The position numbers were made by a program, and so were the translations under genes. From NCBI GenBank assembly GCA_965205855.1, contig OZ242184.1, positions 96,001-160,000 of the forward strand: 64,000 nucleotides of DNA, given 5' to 3'. The DNA comes from Thermodesulfobacteriota bacterium. GTDB lineage: Bacteria; Desulfobacterota_D; UBA1144; Nemesobacterales; Mycalebacteriaceae. The notes under the pieces are model-generated. The model worked only from the letters and a program-made list of their open reading frames with translations. It ran no database searches and was not told where the DNA came from. Shown here piece by piece: positions 48,130-59,147 of the stretch. Each line of letters begins with the position of its first letter. Position 1 is the stretch's first letter.

Positions 48130-49092
48130 TTGGAATTGGAGCATACGACTGAGCAGGCGGTACGGCGGATAGAATCTCTAAAGAGTGAGAAAAACGCCGT
48201 TATACTCGCTCACAACTATCAGATTCCCGAAGTGCAGGACATTGCCGACTATGTGGGCGACTCCCTCGGACTCTCAAGGATTGCCGGCCGCACAGACGCG
48301 GATATCATAGTTTTTTGCGGAGTGCACTTTATGGCGGAAACCGCAAGCATAATTTCTCCGGACAAGAGGGTTCTTATTCCGGACACAAACGCGGGATGCT
48401 CTCTTGCCGAGACTATAAACCTTGAGCAGTTGAAAGAGTGGAAAAGCGAACATCCCGGCGCGGTTGTTGTTTCTTATGTCAACACTTCGGCGGCGGTGAA
48501 GTCGGAAAGCGACTACTGCGTCACCTCTTCCAATGCCATCGCGGTGGTTGAGGCGATTCCGGCGGACAGAAAGATTCTTTTTCTGCCAGACATTTTTCTC
48601 GGCTCGTATGTTTCAAGGGTTACCGGCAGGGAGATGGAGATCTGGCCCGGCGAATGTCATGTCCACTCGGGCATAAAGGTCAAAGACATAAAGCGCATAA
48701 AAGAAGAACATCCCGATGCGGAAGTTGTTGTTCATCCCGAATGCGGATGCACAACTCATTATCTCTATAACAGCGTTTCTGGAGCAAAAGAGGATACGGA
48801 GGATGTGAATTTTCTCTCAACTTCTGGAATGACAAAACGCGCGCGCGAGGGTGGAAACGAGTTTATAGTTGCTACCGAGGTCGGAATGCTACATCGGCTT
48901 TGCAAGGACAATCCCGGTAAAAAATTCTTCCCGGCAGATGAGGGAGCGGTTTGCGAATATATGAAAATGATAACCCTTGAAAAGGTTTTGCGCTCACTCA
49001 AGGAGGAAATTTACGAAGTGAAGGTTCCCAAGCAGGTCGCGTTGCGGGCAAAAAAACCCATAGATAGAATGCTCGAGGTTTCGGGGCATTAG
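48130..49092 (+). CDS. nadA: Quinolinate synthase
   Basis: ILAHNYQ, CGVHFMAE, AGCSLA, CHVH, HPEC, CEYMK. Confidence 0.96.
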   Translation: MELEHTTEQAVRRIESLKSEKNAVILAHNYQIPEVQDIADYVGDSLGLSRIAGRTDADIIVFCGVHFMAETASIISPDKRVLIPDTNAGCSLAETINLEQLKEWKSEHPGAVVVSYVNTSAAVKSESDYCVTSSNAIAVVEAIPADRKILFLPDIFLGSYVSRVTGREMEIWPGECHVHSGIKVKDIKRIKEEHPDAEVVVHPECGCTTHYLYNSVSGAKEDTEDVNFLSTSGMTKRAREGGNEFIVATEVGMLHRLCKDNPGKKFFPADEGAVCEYMKMITLEKVLRSLKEEIYEVKVPKQVALRAKKPIDRMLEVSGH

Positions 49093-49129
49093 CGCCTGCA
49101 CGTCATTTGCGGTTTGAGCCTTCAGGCGG

Positions 49130-49630
49130 CTACTCTGCCGAATCTCTTGCTCCGACTTCCCTGTCAAGCATCAACAGCGCGGTGGGATCCTTCCCGGCAA
49201 GTTTCAGACTGTCCAGGATATCCATGGCAGTTTTTTCCTCTTCAACCTGTTCTTCTATGAACCACTCAAGCATCACCGCCGTCGCCTGATCTTTGCCGGC
49301 AACTGCCTTGCGGTGAAGGTCGTGAATCATATCCGTTACCAGACGCTCGTGTTTGAGAGACTGTTCAAACATTTTAAGCACGGTTCCGAAATCGGACTTG
49401 GGTTTTCCTATCGCCTCAAGCTCCACACACCCGCCCCTGTTAAGAACAAAATCAAACAGCTTCATTGCGTGAGCGGTTTCCTCTTCGCTCTGTTTTCTCA
49501 TCCATTTTCCGAAACCGGGAAATCCTTTCCGTTCACAGTCCGCCGCCATTGACAGATATATGTAGGAAGAGTAAAACTCCGCATTGATCTGTTTGTTCAC
49601 GGCTTCCTGGATTTTTTTGCTTATAACCAT
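49130..49630 (-). CDS. Non-heme ferritin
   Basis: QINAEFYSSYIY, EEETAHA, HERLVT, WFIEEQVEEE ferroxidase ligands. Confidence 0.95.
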   Translation of the reverse strand: MVISKKIQEAVNKQINAEFYSSYIYLSMAADCERKGFPGFGKWMRKQSEEETAHAMKLFDFVLNRGGCVELEAIGKPKSDFGTVLKMFEQSLKHERLVTDMIHDLHRKAVAGKDQATAVMLEWFIEEQVEEEKTAMDILDSLKLAGKDPTALLMLDREVGARDSAE

Positions 49631-49759
49631 TTTTTCCTCCGTATTTACGCATTTTCAACCTGATGAATTATAAGAGCGGCGCCCTCGGTTTTCAACAGTT
49701 TCGGGATTTCCCCCCGTAATCTCCCCAAACCCCGCCGGATAAATTTTAACAGCAAGCCG

Positions 49760-49789
49760 TTGATATGGGTTTGAGTGTGCTTATATAAT
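49760..49789 (+). promoter_or_regulatory. Putative sigma70 promoter of lon
   Basis: TTGATA-18 nt-TATAAT. Confidence 0.5.
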
Positions 49790-49886
49790 GTATTGTCTTG
49801 CAAATGTTAAGATGGCATGAACCGACGTAGTGGCGCCATTTCCGCGTTCATGCTGGTGTTTTCCGGTCGGTGCCAAGGAGACCAAA

Positions 49887-52319
49887 ATGAGTTTAAAAAA
49901 CCGTTTCAGAGAAATTCCGATGCTCCCTCTGAGGGATGTTGTGATGTTTCCCTACATGGTCGCTCCTCTGTTTGTTGGAAGGGCAAGGTCAATAAAAGCC
50001 ATTGAAGAGGCGGAGAACACGAACAAGGAGATATTTCTCTGCACTCAGATGGATGCGAGCGAGAATGAGCCGAAGCATGATGATATTTACTCCACCGGTG
50101 TCATAGGGACCGTAGCGCAGATGCTGCGCCTGCCAGACGGAACGGTGAAGGTTCTTGTGGAGGGAAAGAAAAGAGGCCGCATAGAGGAATATGTTGAAAC
50201 TTCCGATTTCTACAAGGTGGGGGTGTCGGTCATTGAAGAGCCCGAAGAGCCGGAAAGTGTGGAGAGAGACGCGCTTCGAAGGTCTGTTCTCAAGGCTTTT
50301 GAGGGTTACATAAAGCTGAACAGGAAGATACCGAGCGAGGTTTTCTCGACCGTTTCCGCGATTGAGCAGACGGGACGCTTTTCCGATACCGTGGCTTCGC
50401 ACCTGAACTTGAAGATAGTGGACAAACAGGACTTGCTTGAAACCGCCAGTCCCGAAGAGAGGATGAAGAAACTGCACGAAAGGATGCAGGAAGAGGTTGA
50501 GATTCTTGAGATAGAGAAAAGAATCGGCAAAAGGGTTCGAAGGCAGATGGAAAAATCCCAAAGGGAATACTATTTGACCGAGCAGATGAAGGCTATTCAG
50601 AAAGAGCTTGGCGAAAAGGACGATATGAAGTCCGATGCTCAGGAGATTGAGTCAAAACTGAAGGACAAGGGGCTTCCGAAAGAGGTTGAGGAGAAGATTC
50701 GCAAAGAGCTTAAAAAACTCAAGATGATGCCCTCAATGTCTGCCGAAGCGACTGTGGTAAGAAACTATGTGGATTGGATAATGGACCTTCCTTGGACCAA
50801 GGAAAATACGAAAGACAGGCTGGATATAAAGGAGGCGAAAAAAATTCTTGACGAGGACCACTACGGCCTCAAAGACCCGAAAGACAGAATACTTGAGTAT
50901 CTCGCGGTTCGCTCTCTGACAGACAAACTTCGCGGGCCGATACTGTGCTTTGCCGGTCCTCCGGGAGTGGGAAAAACATCTCTTGCGAAATCAATAGCAA
51001 GGTCAATGGGAAGAAAGTTTGTGCGCGTTTCACTCGGTGGAATCAGGGATGAGTCCGAAATACGCGGTCATAGAAGGACATACATAGGCGCGCTTCCAGG
51101 AAAGATTATTCAGGGAATGAAGAAAGCGGGAACTAACAATCCCGTGTTTCTTCTTGACGAGATAGATAAACTCGGAATGGATTTCAGGGGTGACCCTGCT
51201 TCGGCGCTTCTTGAATGCCTTGACCCGGAGCAGAACTCCAATTTCAACGACCATTATATAGAGGCGGATTACGACCTCTCAAAAGTCTTGTTTATAGCAA
51301 CAGCGAACATAATTCACACGATTCCTTGGGCTCTTCAGGACAGGATGGAGATAATACGCATTCCGGGATATACCGAAAATGAGAAACTTCGCATAGCCAA
51401 GGAATTTCTGCTCGGCAAGCAGACAAAAGAGCATGGGCTTTCCGACAAAATAGTTAGCATAGCGGACACGGCTTTGCTTGAGCTTATAAGGCATTACACC
51501 AAGGAAGCCGGAGTGCGAACTCTTGAGCGCGAGATAGCGAAGCTTTGCAGAAAGGTTGCAAGAAAGGTTGCGGAATCTAGAAAAGAAAAATCTCTTGAAA
51601 AGGTTGAGCCGAAAGTGAGAATAACTGCTAAAAATGTCGGCAGTTATCTTGGAATTCCAAAGTTCAAACACAGCACCGCGCAAAAAGAAAAACAGATTGG
51701 AGCTGTAACCGGTCTTGCCTGGACGGAAGTCGGAGGCGAACTGCTGACGATAGAAGTCTCCATTGTTCCCGGAAAAGGGGGTTTTACCGTTACGGGAAAA
51801 CTCGGCGAGGTTATGCAGGAATCCGCAAGGGCGGCAATGAGTTATGTTCGCTCCCGCGGCGCCGCGCTCGGGCTGGACAGGGATTTCTACCAGATGGTGG
51901 ATGTTCATATCCATATTCCCGAAGGCGCGACCCCAAAAGACGGCCCTTCTGCCGGAATAGCGATTGTTACGGCAATTGTGTCCGCGCTTCTGAGAAAGCC
52001 GGTCAGGCAGGACATAGCAATGACCGGAGAAATAACGCTTCGTGGACAGGTTCTTCCCATAGGCGGACTGAAAGAGAAGATACTTGCCGCACAGCGCGGT
52101 AAAGTGAAAACCGTGATTCTTCCGGAGGAGAACGAGAAGGATATGGAAGAAGTTCCCTCCGAGGTCAGAAAAGGCGTTGAGATAAAATTTGTGGGAAATA
52201 TGGACAAAGTTCTTGAAGAGGCGATAATCTCCGACACCTCTGTGCTGAGAAGCTTCATTGTTCCTTCGCCCGGCGGCGAGAGTCAGGCGCCGGAAGTTTC
52301 GGAGACCAAGATAAATTAG
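49887..52319 (+). CDS. lon: ATP-dependent Lon protease
   Basis: [30 protein letters not shown] (catalytic Ser), IGGLKEK. SD AGGAG before ATG 49887. Confidence 0.97.
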   Translation: MSLKNRFREIPMLPLRDVVMFPYMVAPLFVGRARSIKAIEEAENTNKEIFLCTQMDASENEPKHDDIYSTGVIGTVAQMLRLPDGTVKVLVEGKKRGRIEEYVETSDFYKVGVSVIEEPEEPESVERDALRRSVLKAFEGYIKLNRKIPSEVFSTVSAIEQTGRFSDTVASHLNLKIVDKQDLLETASPEERMKKLHERMQEEVEILEIEKRIGKRVRRQMEKSQREYYLTEQMKAIQKELGEKDDMKSDAQEIESKLKDKGLPKEVEEKIRKELKKLKMMPSMSAEATVVRNYVDWIMDLPWTKENTKDRLDIKEAKKILDEDHYGLKDPKDRILEYLAVRSLTDKLRGPILCFAGPPGVGKTSLAKSIARSMGRKFVRVSLGGIRDESEIRGHRRTYIGALPGKIIQGMKKAGTNNPVFLLDEIDKLGMDFRGDPASALLECLDPEQNSNFNDHYIEADYDLSKVLFIATANIIHTIPWALQDRMEIIRIPGYTENEKLRIAKEFLLGKQTKEHGLSDKIVSIADTALLELIRHYTKEAGVRTLEREIAKLCRKVARKVAESRKEKSLEKVEPKVRITAKNVGSYLGIPKFKHSTAQKEKQIGAVTGLAWTEVGGELLTIEVSIVPGKGGFTVTGKLGEVMQESARAAMSYVRSRGAALGLDRDFYQMVDVHIHIPEGATPKDGPSAGIAIVTAIVSALLRKPVRQDIAMTGEITLRGQVLPIGGLKEKILAAQRGKVKTVILPEENEKDMEEVPSEVRKGVEIKFVGNMDKVLEEAIISDTSVLRSFIVPSPGGESQAPEVSETKIN

Positions 52320-52514
52320 CCGTCTTTGGGGTATTGCGCGGTGTCCGTACGGAAACCGCCTAATATGCTGGTTCTGAAGCGCAAATCCGTGGCTTGAGAA
52401 TTAGGTGTTTTTATTTACTTGAATAATTTTCAATAATGTATAGAATGTGCAACAGTTCAGTCGGTTAATTTTATTAATTGACAGTTGAGCGAAATCAAAA
52501 TTGCAGGAGTATAA

Positions 52515-52775
52515 ATGAATATCTACGTAGGTAACTTGCCTTACAACACCACCGAGGATGAACTCAGGGAACTGTTTTCACAGCACGGTTCTGTTGTGAG
52601 CGTTAACATAATTAAGGACAGAGACACCGGAAACTCAAAGGGATTTGGATTTGTGGAAATTGCCGAGCAGGCGGATGGCGAAAAGGCCATCAACGAACTT
52701 GACGGCACAATGCTGAACGACAGAAGTCTGAAAGTAAACCAAGCGCGCCCCAAGGGCGACAACAACAGACGCTGA
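52515..52775 (+). CDS. RRM-domain RNA-binding protein
   Basis: RNP2 IYVGNL and RNP1 KGFGFVE. Confidence 0.95.
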   Translation: MNIYVGNLPYNTTEDELRELFSQHGSVVSVNIIKDRDTGNSKGFGFVEIAEQADGEKAINELDGTMLNDRSLKVNQARPKGDNNRR

Positions 52776-52985
52776 TATTGCGGAACGGATTTCCGTTCCG
52801 ATTTGGCGCTTCTTGTTCTTCACTCCTTATTAAGGAGCGAAGTCCGCTGTTTTCCCGGGCGATTAAGTGCCGGCACAGGTTGCTTGCGACCTTTGTGCGT
52901 CTTGCCGTCCGAAAACCGCTCCGGTAATTATGGAGTCTGAACTTATGTTCTGTTACTATAGTTGCGTACTCGAGTTGCGGACATC

Positions 52986-55900
52986 ATGAAAAACGATTTC
53001 GTTCACCTTCACCTTCATTCCCAATACTCTCTTCTGGATGGAGCGATAAAGTTTGATGATCTTGTCGGAAGGGTGAAAGAATTGAAAATGGGAGCGGTCG
53101 CAATTACCGACCACGGAAACCTGTTCGGAGCCCATGAGTTTTACAGCGAAGCGAAGAAAAACGGTATCAAACCGATAATCGGTTGCGAGATATATGTTAC
53201 TCCCACCTTAAAACTGGATAAACCCTCGGACGGGAAAAACTTTCACTTGACCGTTCTTTGCATGAATGAAACCGGATATACAAACCTTTCCAATCTGGTT
53301 ACCCGTGGCTATTTTGAGGGTCTTTACAGACGCCCCAGAGTTGACCACAAAATGCTTGATCAACACAATGAGGGGCTGATAGTTTTGAGCGGCTGCATGA
53401 GTAGCGAGCTTTCACAGGCAATTTTCAAAACCATCAGAACCCCTCCCGAAACGGTACTTTCAACCTACAAGGAGATTTTCGGCGACAGATACTACCTTGA
53501 GGTTCAGGCGACCGGGGTGAAGGAGCAGAACCGCATAAACAGCAAACTCAAACAACTTGGCGAGAAATTTGATGTTCCCCTTGTGGCCACAAACGACTGC
53601 CATTTTCTCCGCCGTTCCGACTCCGGACCGCATGATGTTCTTCTTTGCATACAGACGGGCAAAATGCTTGAAGACAAGACCAGAATGAGGTTTCAGGGAG
53701 ACGGATTTTATCTGAAAACAAGGGAGGAAATGGAGGAAACCCTGAAAGGGTTCGGAGACGCTCTGGACAGGACTGTTCAGATAGCGGACAGGTGCAATTT
53801 TGAGTTCAGGGACGAGGGATACCATTTCCCCAAATTTCACACTCCCTGCGGTGAGTCTTCCGAAGATTTTCTTCACAAACTTGCGGGGGAAAAACTCGGG
53901 AAAAGACTTTTGTCGCGCGGAATTTCCGGCGAGGTTGCCGAAGAATATCATAAGCGACTTACGTATGAACTCGGCGAAATCTGCAAGATGGGTTTTGCGG
54001 ATTACTTTCTTGTGGTTGCGGATTTTGTCGGATATGCAAAGGAAAATAACATTCCCGTGGGTCCGGGGCGCGGAAGCGCGGCCGGAAGCCTTGTTGCGTA
54101 TGCTTTGGCAATTACCGATGTGGACCCGATTGTCCACAAACTCATCTTTGAGCGTTTTCTCAATCCCGGTAGAATCTCAATGCCCGACATAGACATAGAT
54201 TTCTGCACCGAGGGACGGGACGAGGTCATAGAGTATGTGAGCAAAAAATACGGCGGGGATAATGTCGTTCAGATAGGCACTTTCGGAAAGCTGTCGTCAA
54301 AGGCGGTTGTGCGGGATGTTGGAAGGGTGATGGGGGTTCCATACGGAGAGGTGGACAAGGTTTCAAAAATGATACCTTCTTTTCGTGGCAAAGTTTACAG
54401 CATTGAAGAGTCTGTCAAAAAAAGCCCTGAATTGAAAAAACTCGTTGAGAGTTCGAATAAAGTGGCAAACCTGATTAAGGTGGCAAAACCTCTTGAAAAC
54501 ATGGTGCGCCACACCTCCACTCACGCTGCGGGAGTTGTAATAGGAAGCGGTAAAATTTCCGACCACATACCGCTTTACAAGGGTAGCAACGGGGAAACCG
54601 TAACCCAGTTTGACATGGGAGCCATTGAAAGCCTCGGCTACGTGAAATTTGATTTTCTCGGGCTTAAAACCCTGACCATTATCCAAAAGGCCATGCAACT
54701 CATAAAACAAAACTCAAACGGCTCCGTTCCAAATCTGGACATAGACCATATGCCCCTTGATGAAGAAGAAGTTTACAAACTTTTTACCGATGGAAACACT
54801 CACGGGCTTTTTCAAATAGAGTCTTCTTCCGGCATGGTTTCAATGCTCAGGAAACTTAAGCCAGAGAAATTTGAAGACATAGTTGCCTCTCTTGCCCTTT
54901 ACAGACCCGGCCCGCTGGACAGTGGTATGGTTGAGGAGTTCATAAAAAGAAAGCAGGGTAAAGCGCGTGTATCGTATACGCATCCGCTTCTCAAGGAGGT
55001 TCTCAAGGAGACTTACGGGCTGTTTGTATATCAGGAGCAAATAATGAGAACGGCAAGCGTTTGTGCGGATTACAGTCTCTCCGACGCGGATTTGATGAGG
55101 CGGGCGATGGGCAAGAAAAAACCCAAGGAGATGCGGGCGCAGAGGGAGAAATTTGTTTCTGGTGCGAGAAAGAAAGGCATATCCAAAAACAAAGCCGTTG
55201 AGCTGTTTGACATTATGGAGAATTTCGCCGGCTATTCTTTCAACAAAAGCCACAGCACGGCTTATGCGTTTGTCACATATCAGACGGCGTATCTGAAAGC
55301 CCACTATCCGGCGGAGTTTATGTCCGCTCTTATGACGGTTGATTCGACAAACAGTGACAAAATCATAGCCCACATAACCGAGTGCAAAAAAATGGGCGTC
55401 AAGGTTCTTCCGCCCGATGTCAACGAGAGTATGTCGGAATTCACACCGGTTGATTCAAAAACCATCAGATTCGGTCTCTACGCCTTGAAAAATATCGGAG
55501 AAGAGTTGGTTGGCACCATAATTGAGGCGCGCAAGAAAGACGCTTTTGAAAATCTGTTTGATTTCTGCGCGAGGGTTCAGTCCAAGCGACTCACAAAAAA
55601 GGTGTTTGAGATGCTTATAAAGAGCGGTTCTCTGGATTCGCTTGAAAACAACAGGGCAAAACTTCTGGAGTCTCTTGATGCTGTGGTTACTTATTCCATG
55701 CTTCATCAGTCTTCCGCGGCCGATGGGCAGGCCTCTCTCTTTTCTTCGTCCGATGAGGTTATACACAGGCCGTCTCTTCCGGCAACGGAGCCGTGGAGCA
55801 CTGAAAAGACCGCGGAATATGAGCTTGAGTCGCTGGGCCTGTTTGTTTCGAGCCATCCGATGACCAGATACTCAGAGCAGTTAAGGATGTTTAACTCTCA

Positions 55901-56438
55901 TACCGACACTTTGCTGTTTCAGCAGCTTCCCGACAAAAAGGAAGTTTCAATCGCCGGGGTTGTGCGCTCGCTTTCAATCAAGGCGACAAAATCCGGCTCC
56001 GGACTGTTCGGTAGGATTGTTCTTGAGGACCTCAATGGTTTGGTGGAATGCATTGTTTTTAATGACACAATAAGCAAAAGCCGCCAGTTGCTTGAGCAAA
56101 AAGTGGAGCCCGTGGTATTAACGGGAAACGTTGACGCCACAGACGACAAAAAGCAACTGAAGGTCAAAGATGTGATGTCAATTTCCGAATTTTCCGCAAG
56201 GGCGTCCCGCGTTACCATTTCAATTAAAGAGGAAGCCGCAAGAGCGGAGAATCTTGTGAAACTTGAAAATATTCTCAGGCAATACAGAGGCGAATCAAAG
56301 GTTAACATCAGTCTCGGTGTTGAGGGCAAAACGGTTTCCATAGAGGTTGGCAAATATGGCGTTGAGACCTCGCCCGATTTTGTCAGAGAAATTAAAGACC
56401 TTCTCGGGGACAAATCCCTTTCACTTGAGATTCATTAG
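52986..56438 (+). CDS. dnaE: DNA polymerase III alpha subunit
   Basis: HLHLHSQYSLLDG, GPGRGSAAGS, MPDIDIDF, KFDFLGL, FNKSHS. Confidence 0.98.
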   Translation: MKNDFVHLHLHSQYSLLDGAIKFDDLVGRVKELKMGAVAITDHGNLFGAHEFYSEAKKNGIKPIIGCEIYVTPTLKLDKPSDGKNFHLTVLCMNETGYTNLSNLVTRGYFEGLYRRPRVDHKMLDQHNEGLIVLSGCMSSELSQAIFKTIRTPPETVLSTYKEIFGDRYYLEVQATGVKEQNRINSKLKQLGEKFDVPLVATNDCHFLRRSDSGPHDVLLCIQTGKMLEDKTRMRFQGDGFYLKTREEMEETLKGFGDALDRTVQIADRCNFEFRDEGYHFPKFHTPCGESSEDFLHKLAGEKLGKRLLSRGISGEVAEEYHKRLTYELGEICKMGFADYFLVVADFVGYAKENNIPVGPGRGSAAGSLVAYALAITDVDPIVHKLIFERFLNPGRISMPDIDIDFCTEGRDEVIEYVSKKYGGDNVVQIGTFGKLSSKAVVRDVGRVMGVPYGEVDKVSKMIPSFRGKVYSIEESVKKSPELKKLVESSNKVANLIKVAKPLENMVRHTSTHAAGVVIGSGKISDHIPLYKGSNGETVTQFDMGAIESLGYVKFDFLGLKTLTIIQKAMQLIKQNSNGSVPNLDIDHMPLDEEEVYKLFTDGNTHGLFQIESSSGMVSMLRKLKPEKFEDIVASLALYRPGPLDSGMVEEFIKRKQGKARVSYTHPLLKEVLKETYGLFVYQEQIMRTASVCADYSLSDADLMRRAMGKKKPKEMRAQREKFVSGARKKGISKNKAVELFDIMENFAGYSFNKSHSTAYAFVTYQTAYLKAHYPAEFMSALMTVDSTNSDKIIAHITECKKMGVKVLPPDVNESMSEFTPVDSKTIRFGLYALKNIGEELVGTIIEARKKDAFENLFDFCARVQSKRLTKKVFEMLIKSGSLDSLENNRAKLLESLDAVVTYSMLHQSSAADGQASLFSSSDEVIHRPSLPATEPWSTEKTAEYELESLGLFVSSHPMTRYSEQLRMFNSHTDTLLFQQLPDKKEVSIAGVVRSLSIKATKSGSGLFGRIVLEDLNGLVECIVFNDTISKSRQLLEQKVEPVVLTGNVDATDDKKQLKVKDVMSISEFSARASRVTISIKEEAARAENLVKLENILRQYRGESKVNISLGVEGKTVSIEVGKYGVETSPDFVREIKDLLGDKSLSLEIH

Positions 56439-56732
56439 CCCTTCTCGCGTGTTTTTAATCTTTTCTTTAAGTTTTTCCGGCTCCGCCGTTACGACAAAAA
56501 CCTCCTGAACCGAAGTTCCGCTTCTTGCAATCAGTTTTGCTCCCGTGGAAGTTGTGTATTGGAAACGGACGGCAAGAACTTCTCCCTTCGCTTTGCCAAC
56601 CCGAATCTGTCCCGGTGTGACGGATTTTATAAAATCAAGCGGCGAGATTTCTTTCTCAAGAAAATTTTTGAGCCCTTTTATCATTCCGTGCTGCTGTTTA
56701 ATTTTGTTTTTTCTGTGCCTGTGTGTGGGCAT
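56421..56732 (-). CDS. DUF2103-like small basic protein
   Basis: HGMIKGL...VTPGQI...GAKLIARSGTSVQEVFVVT. Confidence 0.7.
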   Translation of the reverse strand: MPTHRHRKNKIKQQHGMIKGLKNFLEKEISPLDFIKSVTPGQIRVGKAKGEVLAVRFQYTTSTGAKLIARSGTSVQEVFVVTAEPEKLKEKIKNTREGLMNLK

Positions 56733-56753
56733 GTCAAACTCCCTTAATCCGTT

Positions 56754-59147
56754 TTAATCCGGCTGTGTCTTGCCGTTTTGCCTGAAAACCTCCGTTCTCG
56801 TAATCCTCTTTCCATCGGTAAAAACGGAAACCATCCCTTCGGTCTCCGTTTCGCGGATTTCAGCCTCCAGACCCGAACCTTCAAGATCCTTTCCGCAATT
56901 TGCGCAAACCACAATCTTCGGCCGTGCCGATTTGATTACGGCAAGCAGGGTCGCCCTGTTTTTCACATTGATTTCGGGCAGAAACACAACATCGCTCCTT
57001 AACTCCTCATTATACAGTTTTTCCATACCTTGTTTATAGGTGTTGTGGATAGATTCCATTAACAGAAATGAGGTTTTTCCACATACAACCTTGACCAGAA
57101 CTGGATTCGGGGTGCTTGAATTGTTGATTCCTAATTTTTCTTTTAATTGCAGGAATTTAATTTGCACAAAGCCATTTTCTCCGATGTTCTGAACAGGTGC
57201 GGAACGGTAGAGTTTTTTCCATGTTACTCCTCTTTTTTCAATAGTTTTCCACAATCTGTTGTTGAGTTTCGGGCTGTTTATCCACAAGTTTTCCACACCG
57301 TTTTTTTCAATAAGAGCCGCCGCGCCGTTAAGCTGGCTTCTGTCGTTTGAAAGCAGGATAAGAAGATCGGTTTTCGCAATGCGTTTTCTCAGCAAAACCG
57401 GAGAGACAACCGCTTTTTCTATAAAATCCGAACGCGCCTTTTTTGAGAAGCCTCCTTTTATCAGAACGGTTTTTCCGTCCTGAAAAATGAACAAGGCGAT
57501 ATTCTTCCTTCCGGCGTCAAAGAAGGATGCCTCGGTCTCCTTTCCGCCGACGGGGCGGATGTCATACAAAACGCTCCCCGTAAGACAAACGGCGAGGAAC
57601 GCGGCCGCGTAGATGGTTTTCCTTCCGAACTTTACAAGAAGAACGGACCCCACGAACATATAGAAAAGGGCAAATGTCCACTTGCCAAGCGCGGGAAAGG
57701 CGACCGCCGGCTTTATTGAAGCCAAAATTTCCGCGATTCCCGAAAGAAGCAAGGCGAGTACGAAAAGGGTTTCAAGTAAAAAATCCGGCACAAAACCGAG
57801 CGCGGCAAAAACCGCCACTGAAAAAAAGCAAAGCGGCACCATCAAAAGAGCGAGCGGCATAGCGATGATGTTTGCCGGTAAGGTCAGAACGGGAAGAAGT
57901 CCGAACATGTTTATAACAAACGGCAGGGTCGCGATTGTGGCTGCGACCGTTGTCAATGCAATGGCTAAAATCGCCTCGGAGATTTTTCGTATCAGCGTTT
58001 TTTCGCGGGCGGGGTTATTCTCCGTCTCATCTCCGCCCCGAAAATTCAACGCTAGGAGTATTCCAAGCACTGCCGTAAACGACAGGATGAATGACGCTTC
58101 AAAAAGCGCTTTCGGAGTCACAAGAAGGATTATTATTGCCGCTGCGGCAAGGGAGTTGAGTCTGTCGTTCTTTCTTCCAGCAATAAACGCGATTAGGTAT
58201 GCCGACGCCATAATTGCCGCCCGAACCGCCGAATTGCTCATTCCCGTAAGCATACAATAGAGAAACACTGCAGGTATGGTTGCTGCAGCGGCAATTCTTG
58301 GCACAACAAACGCAACCATAAGGTATTCCGACCTTTTTAGCAGCCACTTTACCGACATATAGAAAAACACCGCCGCGACTCCCACATGAAGCCCGGAGAT
58401 TGCAAACAGATGACCTATTCCAAGCATCGTGAAATCTCTTTTTCTCTCGTCCGGAATGGCGCTTTTTTCCCCTATTGAGAGGGAGTTGACAATCTCGGCT
58501 TCAAGTGTCCCGAGGTTTTTCCTTATAAAAACCGCATAGTCTCTGCGCAAGCCGTTTACAAGGCGTAAAATCGGATTGCCTCCGCGTTTTCCGCCGGTGG
58601 CTTTGATGTTGTCGCTATCTGCGTAAGCGGTGAAAAACACATTTTTTGCCACGAGACTTTCCATATATCCTCCGGCGCCGGGATTTTTGAACTCCTTTAC
58701 GGGTTTCGGGGTCAGCCGCATTTCCACACGGTCGCCGTATGCGAGGTTTTCCATTCCGTTTGAATAGACGATGATTTTGCCGTCCGCATCGATTGTTTTG
58801 CCAGCGAGGGTCAGGGTTTCAACCTTGAGCGGGATTTTTACATTGCCGGGTCTTTTTTGTGCGTTTTTATAAACCCACCCCGCCATAGAAACCTTTTGTC
58901 CTGCGGCTCCGGAAAGAGCCGGGTCCGGACTGCTGTGTTGAAAAAACGGAACTGTAGTTCCTGCCGTGAAAAAAATGACAAAAACCGCGATTGCGCGCCT
59001 CGCGATTGCAAGTGCGATAAACGGCGCAACAATCGCCCCTGTGTAATAAACGGAAGGAACATGCCCTGCGGTGATTATTCCAAAAATCAGCAAAACCGCA
59101 CACACAACAATCCTGTGTCTTGAGAGCAGTGTTGAAAGGTGGAGCAT
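56754..59147 (-). CDS. comEC: ComEC/Rec2 DNA uptake channel
   Basis: GIGHLFAISGLHVG, SAVRAAIM, SFILSF; OB-like N-terminal region; degenerate C-terminal MBL domain. Confidence 0.92.
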   Translation of the reverse strand: MLHLSTLLSRHRIVVCAVLLIFGIITAGHVPSVYYTGAIVAPFIALAIARRAIAVFVIFFTAGTTVPFFQHSSPDPALSGAAGQKVSMAGWVYKNAQKRPGNVKIPLKVETLTLAGKTIDADGKIIVYSNGMENLAYGDRVEMRLTPKPVKEFKNPGAGGYMESLVAKNVFFTAYADSDNIKATGGKRGGNPILRLVNGLRRDYAVFIRKNLGTLEAEIVNSLSIGEKSAIPDERKRDFTMLGIGHLFAISGLHVGVAAVFFYMSVKWLLKRSEYLMVAFVVPRIAAAATIPAVFLYCMLTGMSNSAVRAAIMASAYLIAFIAGRKNDRLNSLAAAAIIILLVTPKALFEASFILSFTAVLGILLALNFRGGDETENNPAREKTLIRKISEAILAIALTTVAATIATLPFVINMFGLLPVLTLPANIIAMPLALLMVPLCFFSVAVFAALGFVPDFLLETLFVLALLLSGIAEILASIKPAVAFPALGKWTFALFYMFVGSVLLVKFGRKTIYAAAFLAVCLTGSVLYDIRPVGGKETEASFFDAGRKNIALFIFQDGKTVLIKGGFSKKARSDFIEKAVVSPVLLRKRIAKTDLLILLSNDRSQLNGAAALIEKNGVENLWINSPKLNNRLWKTIEKRGVTWKKLYRSAPVQNIGENGFVQIKFLQLKEKLGINNSSTPNPVLVKVVCGKTSFLLMESIHNTYKQGMEKLYNEELRSDVVFLPEINVKNRATLLAVIKSARPKIVVCANCGKDLEGSGLEAEIRETETEGMVSVFTDGKRITRTEVFRQNGKTQPD

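Noticed and set aside
36697-56438. Possible inteins in dnaB or dnaE
   Set aside because: Both proteins have normal length and continuous motifs; no intein signatures.
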